This document shows positions 61,496-64,000 of a stretch of DNA of 64,000 nucleotides, piece by piece. Location of the stretch: IMG/VR virus record IMGVR_UViG_3300037420_000928, positions 24,751-88,750 of that record; one strand, written 5' to 3'. This stretch comes from a virus. Under the pieces are notes generated by a model. That model was not told the origin of the DNA and made no database searches. It saw nothing but the letters and a program-made list of their open reading frames with translations. The position numbers and the translations under genes are program-made. Numbering within the stretch: the stretch's first letter is position 1; every line of letters begins with the position of its first letter.

Positions 61496-61819
61496 ATGTC
61501 CAATTTCATCGCATCCATCGCTGTCAATGCGGCCACCTGGGTATCGCTGGCAAACGGTGTTTCCAACGCCACGATCGTCAACGGCAGCACTTATCCTATC
61601 GCAATCGGTGTTGCGGACGCCTCGGGGAACATCGCTGCGACCGAAACCCTTGCCCCCGGCGACAGCTTCCCGCTGACCAATATCCCATCCGGCGCCCAGG
61701 TTTGGGGCAAGATCGCCTACACCCTGAAAACCTCCACGGCCGGGGCAACCGGCAAGGATGCCAGAACCAACACCCTGGCCGTGCTGACCGCCAACGTCTC
61801 CGTCTACAAGCCATCGTGA
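61496..61819 (+). CDS. Small beta-rich, virion-like protein
   Basis: A/T/S/N/G-rich composition typical of structural proteins. Confidence 0.6.
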   Translation: MSNFIASIAVNAATWVSLANGVSNATIVNGSTYPIAIGVADASGNIAATETLAPGDSFPLTNIPSGAQVWGKIAYTLKTSTAGATGKDARTNTLAVLTANVSVYKPS

Positions 61820-61827
61820 GGTGAGCC

Positions 61828-62031
61828 ATGCATGGCAGGGTTATTGGGGAACTCCCCGGCAATAGACTGGCCACGGGCTACGGAGCCCTTGTCGGTATGA
61901 GCGTCGTGTCCGGCCCTTCTGTAAGCAGCGGGGCCGCATTGTTGACGTGGACGGACGACAGCGGCAACGACGTCCCGATCACTTGGGACGATGCGAACGG
62001 CAATCCACAAAATCTGGAATGGGATGTTTGA
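61828..62031 (+). CDS. Small hypothetical protein
   Basis: GAGGTG RBS; LTWTDDSGNDVPITWDDANG repeat-like segment. Confidence 0.5.
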   Translation: MHGRVIGELPGNRLATGYGALVGMSVVSGPSVSSGAALLTWTDDSGNDVPITWDDANGNPQNLEWDV

Positions 62032-62032
62032 C

Positions 62033-63511
62033 ATGACGCAGAATGTAAAGACCGGAACCATCAAGCCTTTGCACACCGTTATCGGCGTCGGAGCAGCCAA
62101 GAAAGGCGGTAGAGGCATTGAAGCCTTGAAAGCCAAGCTTCGCCGTCTTGCCCGCGCCGCCAAGATTTCCAACCCGTTGATCCTGGCTCCATGGACGATC
62201 CCGTCTGCTTGGGCGATTTCGACGGTGGTCTACCAAGGGGAAGTGCGATCCAACGGCGGTAGCTGGTACGTCTGCATCGTCGCGGGCACCACGGCTTCCT
62301 CCGGTGGCGGGCCGAGCGTCACGACCAACGGCGACCGTATTGCCGACGGCACGGCCTACTGGACCTATCTCGGGCCGGCAGAGATCACGGCCAACGATAG
62401 CCGGGCTCCGTCCTTGACAATCACGACCACCAACCCCGTGGGAACTCTGGGGCTCAAATTCGCGCCTGTGGACTATCCAGGTGTCTACCGTGCCTATGGA
62501 GGCACTCCCGTTACCCGCAGCGGTACAGGATGGCAGCTAAACACCTTCAACAAGGCAGCAGCGACCGTCCAATCGAATTCTGCCAAGGTCGCCTTCCGGT
62601 GCGACGGCAATCAGGTGGCTATCCAAATCCTGGCCAATATGGGGATCGTCCGGTTCCTTATTGACGGCCGGTACTACAATCCGACGAGCTACACGCCCGG
62701 TGCCAGCGATACATGGTTCATCTTCGACTTCACCAATAACGGCGGGCGCCGGATGCGAGACTTCGTCATCGAAGGCAGCGTCTCGGCTTTGTGGTTTGCG
62801 GCGGTGCGGTGTGCGACGATCGACAATGTCATGCCGCCGACCACGGCCGATGACGTCAGGGCGATCTTCATTTCCGACAGCATCTGGGCCGGATCGACCC
62901 CAGGTCCTTATCTGGCGGGCGGAAGCGCCCCGAGCCGGATTGCCAAATGGCTGGGATGGAGTGACCCGTGGAACATGTCCACCCCGGGTAGCGGTTACCT
63001 CAACACGGTTTCCAACACGGTCTATACGTTCGGGCAGAGAATAGCCGACAGCGGCAACGCCGCCATCATCGCCACCGCCGACATCATCCTGCTCAAGGGC
63101 TCGACCAACGATATCGGTTATGGCGGGGGTAACAGCGATGCCGCAGTGACCGCTGCAGTGACTGCGGCCCTGACCGCCCTGAGAGCCCTGAATGATCATG
63201 CCCCGATCATCGTCTTCGGCCTCAAACCGACCAGCAATGCCGGGGTGCCGGGGACAGAAACTGCAGTGCATGCCGGCGTGACCGCGTTCAGCGACCCAAT
63301 CGGGCAGACGGTATTCATCCCGCTTTATGGGAACAGCCCGCTGCCCCAGATCACCGGTTCCTGGAACAACTCTGCCAACACGTCGAGTGCCAACAATGTC
63401 ATGTACATTGCTGCCTATGACGGCGTTCACGGGGCTGACATCGGGACAGCCTATGAAGCGCAGTGGGAAGCGGACGCGATCAGGACACAATTCCTGGGTC
63501 TTGATAGCTGA
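62033..63511 (+). CDS. SGNH/GDSL esterase with an N-terminal carbohydrate-binding-like module (tailspike / deacetylase-like)
   Basis: Block I FISDSI, block III KGSTND, block V DGVH; N-terminal WAISTVVYQGEVRSNGGSWYVC...DGTAYWTY. Confidence 0.75.
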   Translation: MTQNVKTGTIKPLHTVIGVGAAKKGGRGIEALKAKLRRLARAAKISNPLILAPWTIPSAWAISTVVYQGEVRSNGGSWYVCIVAGTTASSGGGPSVTTNGDRIADGTAYWTYLGPAEITANDSRAPSLTITTTNPVGTLGLKFAPVDYPGVYRAYGGTPVTRSGTGWQLNTFNKAAATVQSNSAKVAFRCDGNQVAIQILANMGIVRFLIDGRYYNPTSYTPGASDTWFIFDFTNNGGRRMRDFVIEGSVSALWFAAVRCATIDNVMPPTTADDVRAIFISDSIWAGSTPGPYLAGGSAPSRIAKWLGWSDPWNMSTPGSGYLNTVSNTVYTFGQRIADSGNAAIIATADIILLKGSTNDIGYGGGNSDAAVTAAVTAALTALRALNDHAPIIVFGLKPTSNAGVPGTETAVHAGVTAFSDPIGQTVFIPLYGNSPLPQITGSWNNSANTSSANNVMYIAAYDGVHGADIGTAYEAQWEADAIRTQFLGLDS

Positions 63512-63516
63512 TTGAC

Positions 63517-63545
63517 TTGAAACGGGCGGGTAAATCTGATCTAGT
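63517..63545 (+). promoter_or_regulatory. Possible promoter, TTGAAA-N9-AAATCTGA-TCTAGT
   Basis: Same geometry and 12-bp block as 63835-63863. Confidence 0.45.
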
Positions 63546-63594
63546 GCACCCGCCTAACGGCCTTTCAACTTATCCCCAACAAAGGACATCTATC

Positions 63595-63798
63595 ATGGCG
63601 GATCAACAAGCCGAAGCCAAGCCGATCATCGTCCAGAACTTCAACCTCGATCTCCTCAACGGCGCTGTCAATTTCCAGATCGCCTACGGCAGTTCCAACA
63701 TCTACGGCACCGTCCGGGAGGACGATATGCCGGGCGTCAGGTCCGACCCCAAGAAGGCTGTCACCGCCTTCTGCACCAAGATGACGTCGGCCCTCTGA
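63595..63798 (+). CDS. Small hypothetical protein
   Basis: AAGGA RBS before ATG 63595. Confidence 0.6.
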   Translation: MADQQAEAKPIIVQNFNLDLLNGAVNFQIAYGSSNIYGTVREDDMPGVRSDPKKAVTAFCTKMTSAL

Positions 63799-63834
63799 AC
63801 CCAGGTTGATAAGCGAGGGGGCGTAACAACCCCC

Positions 63835-63863
63835 TTGTACCCTTATCGCAAATCTGATCTATT
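63835..63863 (+). promoter_or_regulatory. Possible promoter, TTGTAC-N9-AAATCTGA-TCTATT
   Basis: Same geometry and 12-bp block as 63517-63545. Confidence 0.45.
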
Positions 63864-63900
63864 CTATTAAGACAATTCACCCAGACGGAGTTGGGGATCA

Positions 63901-64000
63901 ATGATTGTGATCAAGGTCGAGCTTTGGAGCGCGGTAACCAACAAGATCACCACGCTCGGGGTGATGAAGATCGCCAACACTGCCCAATACGACAATGGCA
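63901..64000 (+). CDS. Hypothetical protein, partial (runs off window end)
   Basis: MIVIKVELWSAVTNKITTLGVMKIAN...; GGGGA RBS. Confidence 0.55.
   Translation, partial: MIVIKVELWSAVTNKITTLGVMKIANTAQYDNG

Noticed and set aside
1-64000. Lysogeny module (integrase, CI/Cro, att site)
   Set aside because: None is recognisable in this window. It could lie outside, so lifestyle is not called.

Overview
A 64-kb segment, probably most of the genome, of a tailed dsDNA phage with a lambda-like non-contractile tail tip (siphovirus). The host is probably alphaproteobacterial, inferred from apparent total GANTC avoidance and gene style. All credible genes are on the + strand. Order: terminase large subunit C-terminus; an accessory cluster (PPDK-like kinase lacking its pyruvate domain, CsrA-like protein, two CX5R phosphatases, two unknowns); family A DNA polymerase; portal, XkdF-like protease, scaffold, major capsid; neck and tail genes including a G/GT -1 frameshift, a tape measure with a lysozyme domain, M/L/K/I and a 3745-aa J; lysis cassette (SAR endolysin, Rz/Rz1, holin candidates); AAA ATPase; replication and recombination genes (initiator, loader, DnaB, RNase H, primase, SSB, SF2 helicase, RecA, nucleases, RuvC); small early-type genes; and an SGNH esterase module. 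No integrase, recognisable repressor, CRISPR array or IS was seen. The most striking unexplained signals are the kinase/phosphatase cluster, a 14-bp palindrome TG(C/A)AA-N4-TT(G/T)CA found about 19 times, a highly structured ~200-nt intergenic element, and a tRNA-like element lacking an anticodon arm. All family assignments come from motif recognition by eye; no searches were run.
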